A stretch of 64,000 nt of DNA from an uncultured Candidatus Saccharibacteria bacterium (GCA_964487615.1 CAZARM010000005.1:182-64181), one strand, 5' to 3'. Shown: positions 9,394-18,099, counted from the first letter of the stretch. Made by a program: numbers and translations. Notes: a model not told the origin generated them from the sequence alone.

Positions 9394-10197
9394 ATGACCG
9401 GAGATATATTACCTCAGTTTGAGGGCTGTGAAGATCGCCTCACTGCCGTAGCATTTAGTGAAGTTTATACCAGGCGAGCGGATTTGAAATTATCTATTGA
9501 TCCTGAGCGATCACTCGACGAACTTGGTGAGTATCCGCCTGAACCGTCTTACCTTAGCGCCATCGTGTGCGCCTATAGAGACGATGAGGCTGTCAGAGTC
9601 AGGTCAACAATTACTGCATTGGGTAGTGCAACGCCAGCTGAGATAGGGGAACAACTTATTGATGGGCACGAAACACTAGTAGAACGTTGGCATAAAGTAG
9701 CAGATCGGTTTGCCGCTAACCCAAGCGGACTGTCACCAGATGATCTTGCCCTGCTTGCGGTGGAAAAAGCAAAACAAGCAAAAATACATACAGTTGCTTC
9801 ACTTGTGATTTATTCAGCCGTTAAGTCGTCCATGTATTATCCAGCATTGCTTATCCCAAAGAAAACCGTTAATGATGTACCGCTAGAATTCAGAGAAGTA
9901 GCTATAAGCGCTCATACAGCGCTAGAACTTGAAGGCGTTAGTGTTCAATCGCTTGCGGAAGCAGAAGGCATGAGTTCGATAGTAAAAGCCATCATGCAAA
10001 ATGACCCACGTAATATTGCCCTAGCTTACTTTGCGGCTGCTATTAATCTACCAAGAGTCGAATCGATTCGACAACATATGCCGGATATGTTACCACCCCC
10101 CGATCCAGTCGGGGACAAATACAAAGGTATGACTCGAGCAGAACGTCGAAATGCTCAGTTGCAAGAACGCCGAAATAGTCGGAGAAATCGCAGCTAA
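9394..10197 (+). CDS. Hypothetical protein (orphan, acidic, Arg-rich C-terminal tail)
   Basis: 267-aa ORF. An extended -10 (TGgTATAGT 9379-9387) ends 7 nt before the ATG. No SD and no known domain. Confidence 0.55.
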   Translation: MTGDILPQFEGCEDRLTAVAFSEVYTRRADLKLSIDPERSLDELGEYPPEPSYLSAIVCAYRDDEAVRVRSTITALGSATPAEIGEQLIDGHETLVERWHKVADRFAANPSGLSPDDLALLAVEKAKQAKIHTVASLVIYSAVKSSMYYPALLIPKKTVNDVPLEFREVAISAHTALELEGVSVQSLAEAEGMSSIVKAIMQNDPRNIALAYFAAAINLPRVESIRQHMPDMLPPPDPVGDKYKGMTRAERRNAQLQERRNSRRNRS

Positions 10198-10291
10198 CAC
10201 TGCTTCATTGAACCAACAGAAGCGGACTAGGGATATTAAAACTATATTGCTCATGCTTGCAATGAGTTTCTAAAACTCCATACTTTATGTT

Positions 10292-11080
10292 ATGGCTGAG
10301 AATTTGAGACCCAATGGTCTTTTTGTAGTTACTGATAATCCCGATGTGGAGTCGGCGCACTTGGAATTGGATAGTCCACCCGTTCACGCTTGCTATGTGC
10401 TGGGTCAATTTGCTCGTAGTTTTGCCGGCATAGTCGCAGAGAAGGCAGATCCAACAAATCCATTTGCTCCACCAGGCTTGACGGCTGAGGAATATCACAA
10501 GGAAGTAATTGCAATGAACAATGAGGTGATGGCAGCGTGCAAGCGTACTTGCCAGACATCATGCCGGCTTGAAGATGTTATGCTAGCTGATTCGTCGCCA
10601 CTTGATGTAGAGCTGGATATATCGGATGATGATGTATCAAGTTTATGGACGATAATTGGATATTTGGAACTAATGAGGCCTGTCGACGATAAGCCATTGA
10701 GCGATGGAGACCAGCACGTCAGGGGTGTGCTAGAGCCCTGGCTTAAAATGAGTCTAGATGCTTATGAACAACAGGCACAAACTGAGTTTGTCACTCCTGA
10801 AGTAGAGGACAGTTGCTATCAAATGCTAGGCTTGCTAACTGATAATAACTTTCATGTAATGAAGCAGCTAATGGGCACACTATTTAAGATTGCGCTCTTG
10901 CAACAGGCTGAAGGCGAGCAAGCAGCCATCGCAAAGTTTGGGATCAGCTTTGCCCAAACCCAAAAAATTGGAACAGCTGAGTTGATTAAGTTGTTGGTTC
11001 ATCCTGACCGTGACTTCAACTTTGCACTAAATCTAAAATCCACGCCTCGGACAGAGATGCTACGCGGCCTCAGGCGCTAA
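10292..11080 (+). CDS. Hypothetical protein (orphan, acidic)
   Basis: 262-aa ORF. TTGCAA (10257-10262)-N18-TACTTT (10281-10286) lies just upstream of the ATG. No known domain. Confidence 0.55.
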   Translation: MAENLRPNGLFVVTDNPDVESAHLELDSPPVHACYVLGQFARSFAGIVAEKADPTNPFAPPGLTAEEYHKEVIAMNNEVMAACKRTCQTSCRLEDVMLADSSPLDVELDISDDDVSSLWTIIGYLELMRPVDDKPLSDGDQHVRGVLEPWLKMSLDAYEQQAQTEFVTPEVEDSCYQMLGLLTDNNFHVMKQLMGTLFKIALLQQAEGEQAAIAKFGISFAQTQKIGTAELIKLLVHPDRDFNFALNLKSTPRTEMLRGLRR

Positions 11081-11100
11081 CTGGTATTATTGATGGGAGC

Positions 11101-11346
11101 ATGAATAGCATAGAAGAACGCCTACGGGAAATTGAAAAACGGAACAAACGAGTAGAACTTGATAAGGCATGGGAAACCAGCTGGGCCCGACGGCTTTCAA
11201 TTGCCGGGCTGACATACTTAGTGGTGGTAAGCTACCTGTTCGTCATTAATAATGACAAACCGTTTGTGAATGCCTGCGTGCCCGTAGCTGGATATCTTTT
11301 ATCAACCTTGGTATTGAAAAGTATCAGAAAATTCTGGCAAAAATGA
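11101..11346 (+). CDS. Small membrane protein
   Basis: 81 aa with two predicted TM helices. 4-nt overlap with the next gene. Confidence 0.5.
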   Translation: MNSIEERLREIEKRNKRVELDKAWETSWARRLSIAGLTYLVVVSYLFVINNDKPFVNACVPVAGYLLSTLVLKSIRKFWQK

Positions 11347-11849
11347 AACGTGTGGCTATCATCGGAAGTCCTGGAGCGGGTAAGTCTTACTTATCCAGAG
11401 AGTTGGCCCAGATAACCAGTCTTCCGCTAGTTCACTTGGACAAGATTTATCATGACAAAAGTTTTGATTATCTTAATAACCGTAACGAATGGTTAAAACG
11501 CGTCACTCAGGAGGTGGTGAAGCCGAGATGGATTATAGAAGGGAATTATAAATCCTCTTTTGCGCTACGTTTGCCGGCGGCAGACACTATTATCTTCTTG
11601 GATTACTCCAAGCCACGGGTTTTGTGGCGGGTTTTCAAAAGGCGAGTTCAATACCGCAATAAGCTCAGGTCAGAAATGCCCGAAGGTTGGAAAGAAAAAA
11701 TTGACCCAGTGTTTCTCAAATTTGTCTGGAACTACAAGAAAAGTGAGCGTCCCATGGTACACGAACTGCTAGGACAATTTAAGAATAAAGAGATCGTTAT
11801 ACTAACAACGCCTAAAGAAACCAAACAGTTTCTTAAAACCTTGGTATGA
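11343..11849 (+). CDS. P-loop NTPase/kinase (adenylate-kinase-like, topology-modulation-protein-like)
   Basis: Walker A IIGSPGAGKSYLSREL within the first 20 aa. The size (168 aa) is typical of small AAA/kinase-fold proteins. Confidence 0.6.
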   Translation: MKRVAIIGSPGAGKSYLSRELAQITSLPLVHLDKIYHDKSFDYLNNRNEWLKRVTQEVVKPRWIIEGNYKSSFALRLPAADTIIFLDYSKPRVLWRVFKRRVQYRNKLRSEMPEGWKEKIDPVFLKFVWNYKKSERPMVHELLGQFKNKEIVILTTPKETKQFLKTLV

Positions 11850-11873
11850 TTAATGTATAAAAAGGAGGATGCA

Positions 11874-12356
11874 ATGGAGCTAAAATTTACAGGGATTGGT
11901 ATCCACCTGAAAGTTAAAGACATCAAAGCATCCCGAGAATTCTATGAAAGTCTGGGTTTCTTGCCAAGTTTCGGCTACGGCGATGAAGAATTCCGGAAGA
12001 CGCTACCCCAAGGATGTGCATCCGCGCCTGAAAAGTATCAAGGTGTTACGTATAAATTAAAAGATGGTGCAGAGTTTGAAATAGCTGATGGTCACATAGC
12101 TTCTAAAACAGAAGTGTTTGGTGAGCAAATTACGTCTGGTAAAGTCACGGCCATGATTCGTGTCGAAAGCGTGGTTCCGGTCATTGCGAAATATAAAGAC
12201 CGTATTAAGTTTCCCGTCAGAAAATATTATTGGGGCAGCATCGAAGTGGCATTGCGTGATCCTGACGGCTTCGTCTTGGTATTCATCGCACCTTTTAGTG
12301 ATCAAGAACTCACAAATGTTAGCAAATTGACCGAAGTTGAGACAATAAACCCGTAG
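11874..12356 (+). CDS. VOC/glyoxalase-family protein
   Basis: IGIHLKVKDIKASREFYESLGF is a typical VOC beta-alpha-beta start. AAGGAGG SD lies 6 nt before ATG 11874 (the track start 11853 is rejected). Confidence 0.6.
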   Translation: MELKFTGIGIHLKVKDIKASREFYESLGFLPSFGYGDEEFRKTLPQGCASAPEKYQGVTYKLKDGAEFEIADGHIASKTEVFGEQITSGKVTAMIRVESVVPVIAKYKDRIKFPVRKYYWGSIEVALRDPDGFVLVFIAPFSDQELTNVSKLTEVETINP

Positions 12357-12375
12357 TCAGTGCTATGATTAAGGC

Positions 12376-12948
12376 ATGCTAGGGAAGCCTAATACAAAGC
12401 CGGTCTATGCGTTTATAGACAGCCAGAACCTAAATGTCAGTACCCAGAAGTTTGGCTGGAAGATGGACTGGAAGAAATTCCGGCAGTTTCTGACAGAAAA
12501 ATACGGCGTCACCAATGCCTACATGTTCATCGGCTACATGCCAGAGTTTGAGGACATGTACCAGCAACTGCACGAAACCGGCTATCTGATTGTGCTCAAA
12601 CCAACTTATGACATGACGAAGCCGCAAGTCGAAGCCGAGGAAGGCAAGCCAAAGAAAGACGAAGAGCGTCATATAAAAGGCAACATCGACGCTGACCTGG
12701 TGCTATGGGCCATGAAGGAGCTACCCAATTATTCCAAAGCCTTGATAGTATCTGGCGACGGAGACTTCTATAGCTTGATTGAATACCTGGACACGCAAGG
12801 TAAATTACTAAAGCTGCTGGCCCCCAGCGCGCATTACTCAAAGCTATATAACAAGTATGAGCAGCACGTAGAGCGTTTAGATAACTACAAACGGGATCTG
12901 GCGTATCGGACATTTAAGCGCCGACCAGACGCACCCAAAAACTCCTAA
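12376..12948 (+). CDS. NYN/LabA-like domain protein (predicted RNase fold)
   Basis: VYAFIDSQNLNV ... IVSGDGDFYSLIEYL matches the NYN (LabA/DUF88) Asp-containing motifs. Confidence 0.65.
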   Translation: MLGKPNTKPVYAFIDSQNLNVSTQKFGWKMDWKKFRQFLTEKYGVTNAYMFIGYMPEFEDMYQQLHETGYLIVLKPTYDMTKPQVEAEEGKPKKDEERHIKGNIDADLVLWAMKELPNYSKALIVSGDGDFYSLIEYLDTQGKLLKLLAPSAHYSKLYNKYEQHVERLDNYKRDLAYRTFKRRPDAPKNS

Positions 12949-13024
12949 ATAGTTGTAGACAAACAGCAATTGCGCGAGCATAATCGAAATATTAGTTAAA
13001 TGCGCAGCGGCGCAGGGAGTGGAG

Positions 13025-13444
13025 ATGGATGTTCAAGTAAATTACCTGGCAGTGTTACTGGCAGCTCTGTCGAGTTTTGTCGTTGGGATGGTGTGGTACG
13101 CCAAGCCGCTGTTTGGTGCCGCCTGGATGAAAATGGTCGGACTAACTGATGAAAAGCAAAAAGCTGGCATGGCAATGGCCATGGGGAAATCACTAATTGC
13201 TTCATTGTTAACGGCTTATGTACTATCTCACGTGACCTACATTTCCATGCACTTTTTCAATGTCTCATTCATGGAATCAGCCCTAAATACATCATTTTGG
13301 CTGTGGCTAGGCATATCCGCAGCTGATATTGTGCGCATGGACGCCTTCGAACAACGTCCTATGAAGTTAACGGCGATTAATGCCGGCAACCGCTTGGCAA
13401 CACTTATGGTCATGGGTTTGATCATCGGCGCACTCGGCGTCTAG
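13025..13444 (+). CDS. DUF1761-family membrane protein
   Basis: The N-terminus NYLAVLLAALSSFVVGMVWYAKPLFGAAWMK is typical of DUF1761. 4 TM helices. ATG 13025 follows a GGAG SD. Confidence 0.6.
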   Translation: MDVQVNYLAVLLAALSSFVVGMVWYAKPLFGAAWMKMVGLTDEKQKAGMAMAMGKSLIASLLTAYVLSHVTYISMHFFNVSFMESALNTSFWLWLGISAADIVRMDAFEQRPMKLTAINAGNRLATLMVMGLIIGALGV

Positions 13445-13513
13445 GAATCAACTCCGTTTCAGACAGGGCAGGTGGGATCGTTGTATACTGACAGTATTAG
13501 ACAAGGAGATGAT

Positions 13514-14233
13514 ATGACAGATCATGCATATGATTTTAGCGATCTAAAAGCAGTGTTCTTTAACTGCACCCTTAAAAAATCCCCGGAAGTAAGCAACACC
13601 GAGGGCCTGATCAAAGTCAGCCAAGCAATCATGGAGAAACAAGGGGTCAAGGCCGAAATCATCCGGCCGATTGATCATGATATTGCAACTGGCGTATACC
13701 CAGATATGACTGAGCACGGTTGGAAGACGGACGAATGGCCTAAGCTGTACAAAAAAGTCATGGACGCCAACATCCTAGTTTTATGCGGCCCAATTTGGCT
13801 GGGAGACAATAGCTCTCAGACCAAGAAGATTATAGAACGACTCTACGCCAACTCTAGCGAGCTAAATGACAAAGGCCAGTATGCCTTTTATGGCAAGGTG
13901 GGTGGCGCCATAATCACCGGCAACGAGGACGGTGTCAAACACTGCACTATGAATATCCTCTACAGCCTGCAACACATTGGCTACACTATTCCACCCCAGG
14001 CAGATGCCGGCTGGATAGGCGCAATTGGCCCAGGCCCAAGTTACTTAGACAAAGGTTCCGGCGGCCCAGAAAGCGACTTCACTAACCGCAACACCACGTT
14101 CATGACCTGGAACCTGATGCACCTGGCCAAAATGCTAAAAGAGCAGGGCGGCATCCCAGCCCACGGCAATCAAAGAAGCGAATGGGACAAAGGCAACCAC
14201 ACAGGCTTTGCCGGCAACCCCGAGTATCGCTAA
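13514..14233 (+). CDS. Flavodoxin-like NAD(P)H-dependent FMN reductase family protein
   Basis: KAVFFNCTLKKSPEVSNT ... ILVLCGPIWLG ... GKVGGAIITGNEDG. AAGGAG SD before ATG 13514. Confidence 0.65.
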   Translation: MTDHAYDFSDLKAVFFNCTLKKSPEVSNTEGLIKVSQAIMEKQGVKAEIIRPIDHDIATGVYPDMTEHGWKTDEWPKLYKKVMDANILVLCGPIWLGDNSSQTKKIIERLYANSSELNDKGQYAFYGKVGGAIITGNEDGVKHCTMNILYSLQHIGYTIPPQADAGWIGAIGPGPSYLDKGSGGPESDFTNRNTTFMTWNLMHLAKMLKEQGGIPAHGNQRSEWDKGNHTGFAGNPEYR

Positions 14234-14239
14234 AAGACT

Positions 14240-15313
14240 TTAATCATCTATGACGGCGTAAGACTTAGCGCCCTTGTCGGGAATGTTTACTCTTATTCCT
14301 GGATGCGCCGCCAGTATTGCCGCGAACCTACTACGACGGTTACTGTCGCTTGCATCAATTCCCATAGCTCTTAGTAATTGCTTTACTGTCATTGGTACAT
14401 CAGACTTAGTTAGTATCACAAAACTCCTATCAACTAATTCCGGGTAATGCAGTTGCCGGTCCCCGAGGCTCTCATTGCAATGACCTGTTCGCTGAAGAAG
14501 ATAACGAATATCATCTGGTTGTTCTACGTCTGGTTGCTTTAATCGCTCAAGTCGTTTGTTGGCATTAGCGTGTCCTTCGGCATAAAAAGAGGGGTCAAGC
14601 CTTACAGTTCGAGTGACTATCTCACCTAAAGCGTCTACAGCGTCCGATGCCTGCGGATTAAATGTGAATATACGCTCACGCTTCCCCCGAACACGTGACT
14701 CCATAACTAGCTTGCCACTGACTAATCTATTGAGGGGGTGTTCAATTCTTTTTCGTCTGCCTCCATCGATGGCATTTATTTCTTTTGTGAGGTCCTTATT
14801 AGTAAAACGCATGAGTTCTCGGGCCAAAAATAGAGCCCGTAAACTAAGTATGATGCCCGGCGTTTCGGTCGATTCGGCTGATGGCAGCTTTGCTCCGCCA
14901 AAAAATTTTCCAAAGCGGGCATTATGGCTCACACCCCAACCCAATAACTGTTCAGCGGCTGGTCGATAGATCGCTACACCCACATCGCTAAGTGCGTAGA
15001 GGTTTGGCGTACGAGTGAAAGCACTTCCATGGCCAGGTGTCATATCAAATACGCCGTAGGCGCGGGTTGCCAATAGATCGACTGCTTCCGGATAGGTGGC
15101 GTCTGATGGAGTATATAAAGGATTGCCATTTTGTAGCTTGAGAACACGGGTGTTTATACCAGCTGCGTCTAGTTTTTCGTCCGGCTCAAACATGTCAACT
15201 AACGTGGCCTTTACCTCTGTAGACAAGGCATTAAAAACCATCGCCGTCTGGTATTCGCTCAGCCTCTCCATACCTTCGGATCTGTCTAAACCGATGTCGT
15301 TTAAAGCACTCAT
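14240..15313 (-). CDS. Hypothetical protein, possibly multi-winged-helix
   Basis: 357-aa ORF on the strand opposite its neighbours. No confidently recognisable domain. Confidence 0.5.
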   Translation of the reverse strand: MSALNDIGLDRSEGMERLSEYQTAMVFNALSTEVKATLVDMFEPDEKLDAAGINTRVLKLQNGNPLYTPSDATYPEAVDLLATRAYGVFDMTPGHGSAFTRTPNLYALSDVGVAIYRPAAEQLLGWGVSHNARFGKFFGGAKLPSAESTETPGIILSLRALFLARELMRFTNKDLTKEINAIDGGRRKRIEHPLNRLVSGKLVMESRVRGKRERIFTFNPQASDAVDALGEIVTRTVRLDPSFYAEGHANANKRLERLKQPDVEQPDDIRYLLQRTGHCNESLGDRQLHYPELVDRSFVILTKSDVPMTVKQLLRAMGIDASDSNRRSRFAAILAAHPGIRVNIPDKGAKSYAVIDD

Positions 15314-15369
15314 TTGGCGGTATAATACAATAAAAGCGCTTAAAAGTCCATATAGTATACTGAGAAATC

Positions 15370-16644
15370 ATGGACCAAAACCTCAAAAACAATAATTTTC
15401 CTAAAGGTTTTTTCTGGGGAGGCAGCACAGCCAGCCACCAAGTAGAAGGCGGCACAGTCAACCAGTGGTCAGTATGGGAACTAGCCCATGCCAAGGAGCT
15501 GGCTCAAACCGCCCATCAGCGACTTAGCTGGCTTCCAAACTGGGGCGATATAAAAGCTCAGGCTGAAACCCCTGAGAATTACGTTTCCGGTGCTGGCGTC
15601 GAGCATTATAAAAGATTTGAAGAAGACTTTGACATTGCCAAGTCATTGAACCTCAATGCTTTTCGGTTTGGTATTGAATGGTCGAGGATTGAGCCCGAAG
15701 AAGGGCACTGGGATGAAGCCCAAATCCAGTATTACAAGAACTACATTCTGGAACTTCGTGCCCGGCACCTAGAGCCATTTCTAAATATCTGGCACTGGAC
15801 TATGCCCACCTGGTTTACAGATAAAGGCGGCTTTGCCCAAGCCAAAAATCGCGTCTACTTTGAGCGGTTTGTGCAAAAGGTGGCGGAGGAGCTGGTGGAT
15901 GAAGTCACCTACGTGATTACACTTAATGAGCCCAACGTTTATGCAAGTTTTGGTTACCTGACGGGCGAATGGGTGCCACAAGTCAAAAATCCACTGACAT
16001 TTTTGCGGGTTTATTGGAACCTGGCGATGACTCACAAGCGAGCCTATAAGATTCTGAAAGCCAAAAAGCCCAGTTTGCAAATTGGAGTTGCAGCCCAGCT
16101 GGCTAATATTCAAGCCAAGCGTCCCCATAACTTGTTTGACGAAATTTCTACAAAATGGATGCGGTACTTTTGGAACTGGTGGTTTCTGCGCCGAATTCGC
16201 AATCAGCAGGACTACGTAGGCTTTAACTATTACTTCACAGATTACTACACGGGGCTGGGCAAAAAGATTAACCCCAAGGTGCCATTAAATGATATGGGCT
16301 GGTACATGGAGCCGGAAGGTCTGTACCCGCTACTGCTTAGGCTATGGACTAGATTTAAGAAACCAGTGTTTGTGCTAGAAAACGGCGTGGCCGACGCAAA
16401 TGACGAATACCGCCGTTGGTGGATTGAGGAAACCATCATTGCCATGGAAAGAGCGATCTCTGAAGGCGTCGACCTAAAAGGCTACTTCTACTGGAGCCTA
16501 CTAGACAACTTTGAATGGAAATACGGCTGGTGGCCAAAGTTTGGCCTAGTGGATGTAGATCGTGAAAACGGCATGAAGCGCACTGTGCGTCCGAGTGCCA
16601 AATGGTTTGCTGCCCGCATTAAGCAAATCACGAACAGCAACTGA
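15370..16644 (+). CDS. Glycoside hydrolase family 1 (beta-glucosidase-like)
   Basis: FPKGFFWGGSTASHQVEGG, acid/base motif TLNEPN, nucleophile motif VLENG. Confidence 0.9.
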   Translation: MDQNLKNNNFPKGFFWGGSTASHQVEGGTVNQWSVWELAHAKELAQTAHQRLSWLPNWGDIKAQAETPENYVSGAGVEHYKRFEEDFDIAKSLNLNAFRFGIEWSRIEPEEGHWDEAQIQYYKNYILELRARHLEPFLNIWHWTMPTWFTDKGGFAQAKNRVYFERFVQKVAEELVDEVTYVITLNEPNVYASFGYLTGEWVPQVKNPLTFLRVYWNLAMTHKRAYKILKAKKPSLQIGVAAQLANIQAKRPHNLFDEISTKWMRYFWNWWFLRRIRNQQDYVGFNYYFTDYYTGLGKKINPKVPLNDMGWYMEPEGLYPLLLRLWTRFKKPVFVLENGVADANDEYRRWWIEETIIAMERAISEGVDLKGYFYWSLLDNFEWKYGWWPKFGLVDVDRENGMKRTVRPSAKWFAARIKQITNSN

Positions 16645-16652
16645 CGATATAC

Positions 16653-16681
16653 TTGACAGATCAGAAAGCTTATGCTATATT
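16653..16681 (+). promoter_or_regulatory. Sigma-70-type promoter (TTGACA-N17-TATATT) placed for a leaderless transcript
   Basis: TTGACA 16653-16658, TATATT 16676-16681. ATG 16688 begins 7 nt after the -10. No SD. Confidence 0.5.
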
Positions 16682-16687
16682 GTTTAC

Positions 16688-17008
16688 ATGAGTAAAATAC
16701 CTATTAACGAAACCATCGGCCAAAGATTTCTTTATCATCAGGGCGCAAAGCGTGTTGGCGCAGAAGCGGCTGACGAAATGAATAGTCGTGATGTAAGGAT
16801 CGAAGGTGTTCGTAGGTTAGGATACGGGGTTGCTAAAGTCGCTGTCGGCGCAGCCGCAGCACTGACAGGGGTTGCTTTGGTCGGTAATGCTATAGATAAT
16901 TCACCAACTACAATTGAGCAACGTCGCAATGCTGAACAGCAAGAGTTACACCCTGACCCCACGCAAGCTCAAATCGTTGTTGAGCTACCTGAAGACCACG
17001 GCGAATAA
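16688..17008 (+). CDS. Hypothetical small membrane-associated protein
   Basis: The ORF from ATG 16688 (106 aa) carries an Ala/Gly-rich hydrophobic segment. The track start 16595 overlaps the GH1 gene. Confidence 0.45.
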   Translation: MSKIPINETIGQRFLYHQGAKRVGAEAADEMNSRDVRIEGVRRLGYGVAKVAVGAAAALTGVALVGNAIDNSPTTIEQRRNAEQQELHPDPTQAQIVVELPEDHGE

Positions 17009-17030
17009 ATAGCGTTTTGATATGAAGCTG

Positions 17031-17060
17031 ACCCACCACATGTTGTGGTGGGTTTTTATT
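17031..17060 (+). terminator. Intrinsic terminator
   Basis: Perfect 10-bp stem ACCCACCACA/TGTGGTGGGT with a short loop, followed by TTTTTATTT. Confidence 0.85.
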
Positions 17061-17071
17061 TGTGGCAAAAC

Positions 17072-17081
17072 TGTGGATAAC
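17072..17081 (+). promoter_or_regulatory. Perfect DnaA-box 9-mer within the 10-mer TGTGGATAAC (site 1 of 3)
   Basis: TGTGGATAA is the complement of TTATCCACA. A degenerate copy, TGTGGCAAA, lies 11 bp upstream (17061-17069). Confidence 0.5.
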
Positions 17082-17083
17082 TA

Positions 17084-17160
17084 TGGGTAGAATGTCTATA
17101 TTTACTAGATAATGTGCTTGTATGTGGGACATAGTGGGTAGTACACTCATGTCAGTGGGT
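17084..17160 (+). promoter_or_regulatory. Candidate MraZ operator: phased (A/G)TGGG(T/A) direct repeats upstream of mraZ
   Basis: ATGGGT 17084, GTGGGA 17124, GTGGGT 17134 and GTGGGT 17155. The spacings of 40, 10 and 21 bp are approximate helical multiples. Confidence 0.5.
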
Positions 17161-17237
17161 AATCGTAGGTAACCAAAATAGTTACCAGCTCGATCACAAA
17201 AAATAAAAACCACTGTAATTTAATTCAAACACACCTT

Positions 17238-17600
17238 ATGGGAACAACTGACTACTTTGAACGGAGGCTCGACGACAAGCGCCGGTTAACCATACCGACC
17301 GAACTTCGAGATAAGTTCAATAGTGGTGCTGTGATTACCAGAGGTTTTGGCGACTACCTGCATCTGTATCCCAAGCACGTTTGGGACGAACAGGTAGAAC
17401 CGCGGTTAAACGGCGACCTCCTTGACGAGCGGATTGCTGATCTGAATGTCCAGTTTCGGACAGGCAAGACAGAAACCCAGCTAGACGGAAAGCAGGGCCG
17501 TATAACTATAGAACAGCATTTGCTGGACTATGCGGGCATCGACAAAGACGTGGTGGCTATCGGAGTGGGCAACTACTGGCGAATCCTAGCCCGGAAATAA
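17238..17600 (+). CDS. mraZ: Transcriptional regulator MraZ
   Basis: Two SpoVT/AbrB-like repeats carrying DxxxR motifs (LDDKRRLTIP and LDGKQGRITIEQ). First gene of the dcw cluster. Confidence 0.9.
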   Translation: MGTTDYFERRLDDKRRLTIPTELRDKFNSGAVITRGFGDYLHLYPKHVWDEQVEPRLNGDLLDERIADLNVQFRTGKTETQLDGKQGRITIEQHLLDYAGIDKDVVAIGVGNYWRILARK

Positions 17601-17651
17601 ATTACCGTCCCTTAACAACCCAACACATAACAGATAGGCAAAGCAAAAAAC

Positions 17652-17810
17652 TTTGTCGTGACTGGCTTTCATTCCCGGGAAGGGAAAAGAGAGCCCGACA
17701 AAATGTATTCCATTTTGTCGGCGCGATGAGAAAAACCGCAAAGGTTTGTCTCATAAGGCGAAGCCGCGGTTAGCTATCTGGCAACCAACAAGTGGGCTGA
17801 AGGTAACCAC
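17652..17810 (+). promoter_or_regulatory. Structured RNA element in the mraZ-rsmH spacer (unclassified)
   Basis: Mutually exclusive pairings: TTTGTCG 17652-58 with CGACAAA 17696-702, versus CCGACAAAATG 17695-705 with CATTTTGTCGG 17711-21. Nested GGCTTTC/GAGAGCC hairpin. ATGAGA...TCTCAT hairpin 17726-54. Confidence 0.35.
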
Positions 17811-18099
17811 TCTAAAATACCTTAGTACCTTATAGTAAAACACCTCCCAAAACTCCACCTCACACATAAGTCTCTCAAACTTAAGCCTTAACCAGTGAAG
17901 GAAATCCTCTTTGGACTAAACTCCCAAGACTTCTCTCGCATACATGGATAAGGTCGTTCGCTAAAAATGTGAACAAACAAAAACAAAAACTACAAAAAAC
18001 ACAAAAAGTTGGTTGCTAGATAGGTGATCTTAAGTAAGAAAGCAAAAGCAAAAACAAAAATCACCAAATTAGTGGAAGTATCTTCTACAATAAGAAGAT

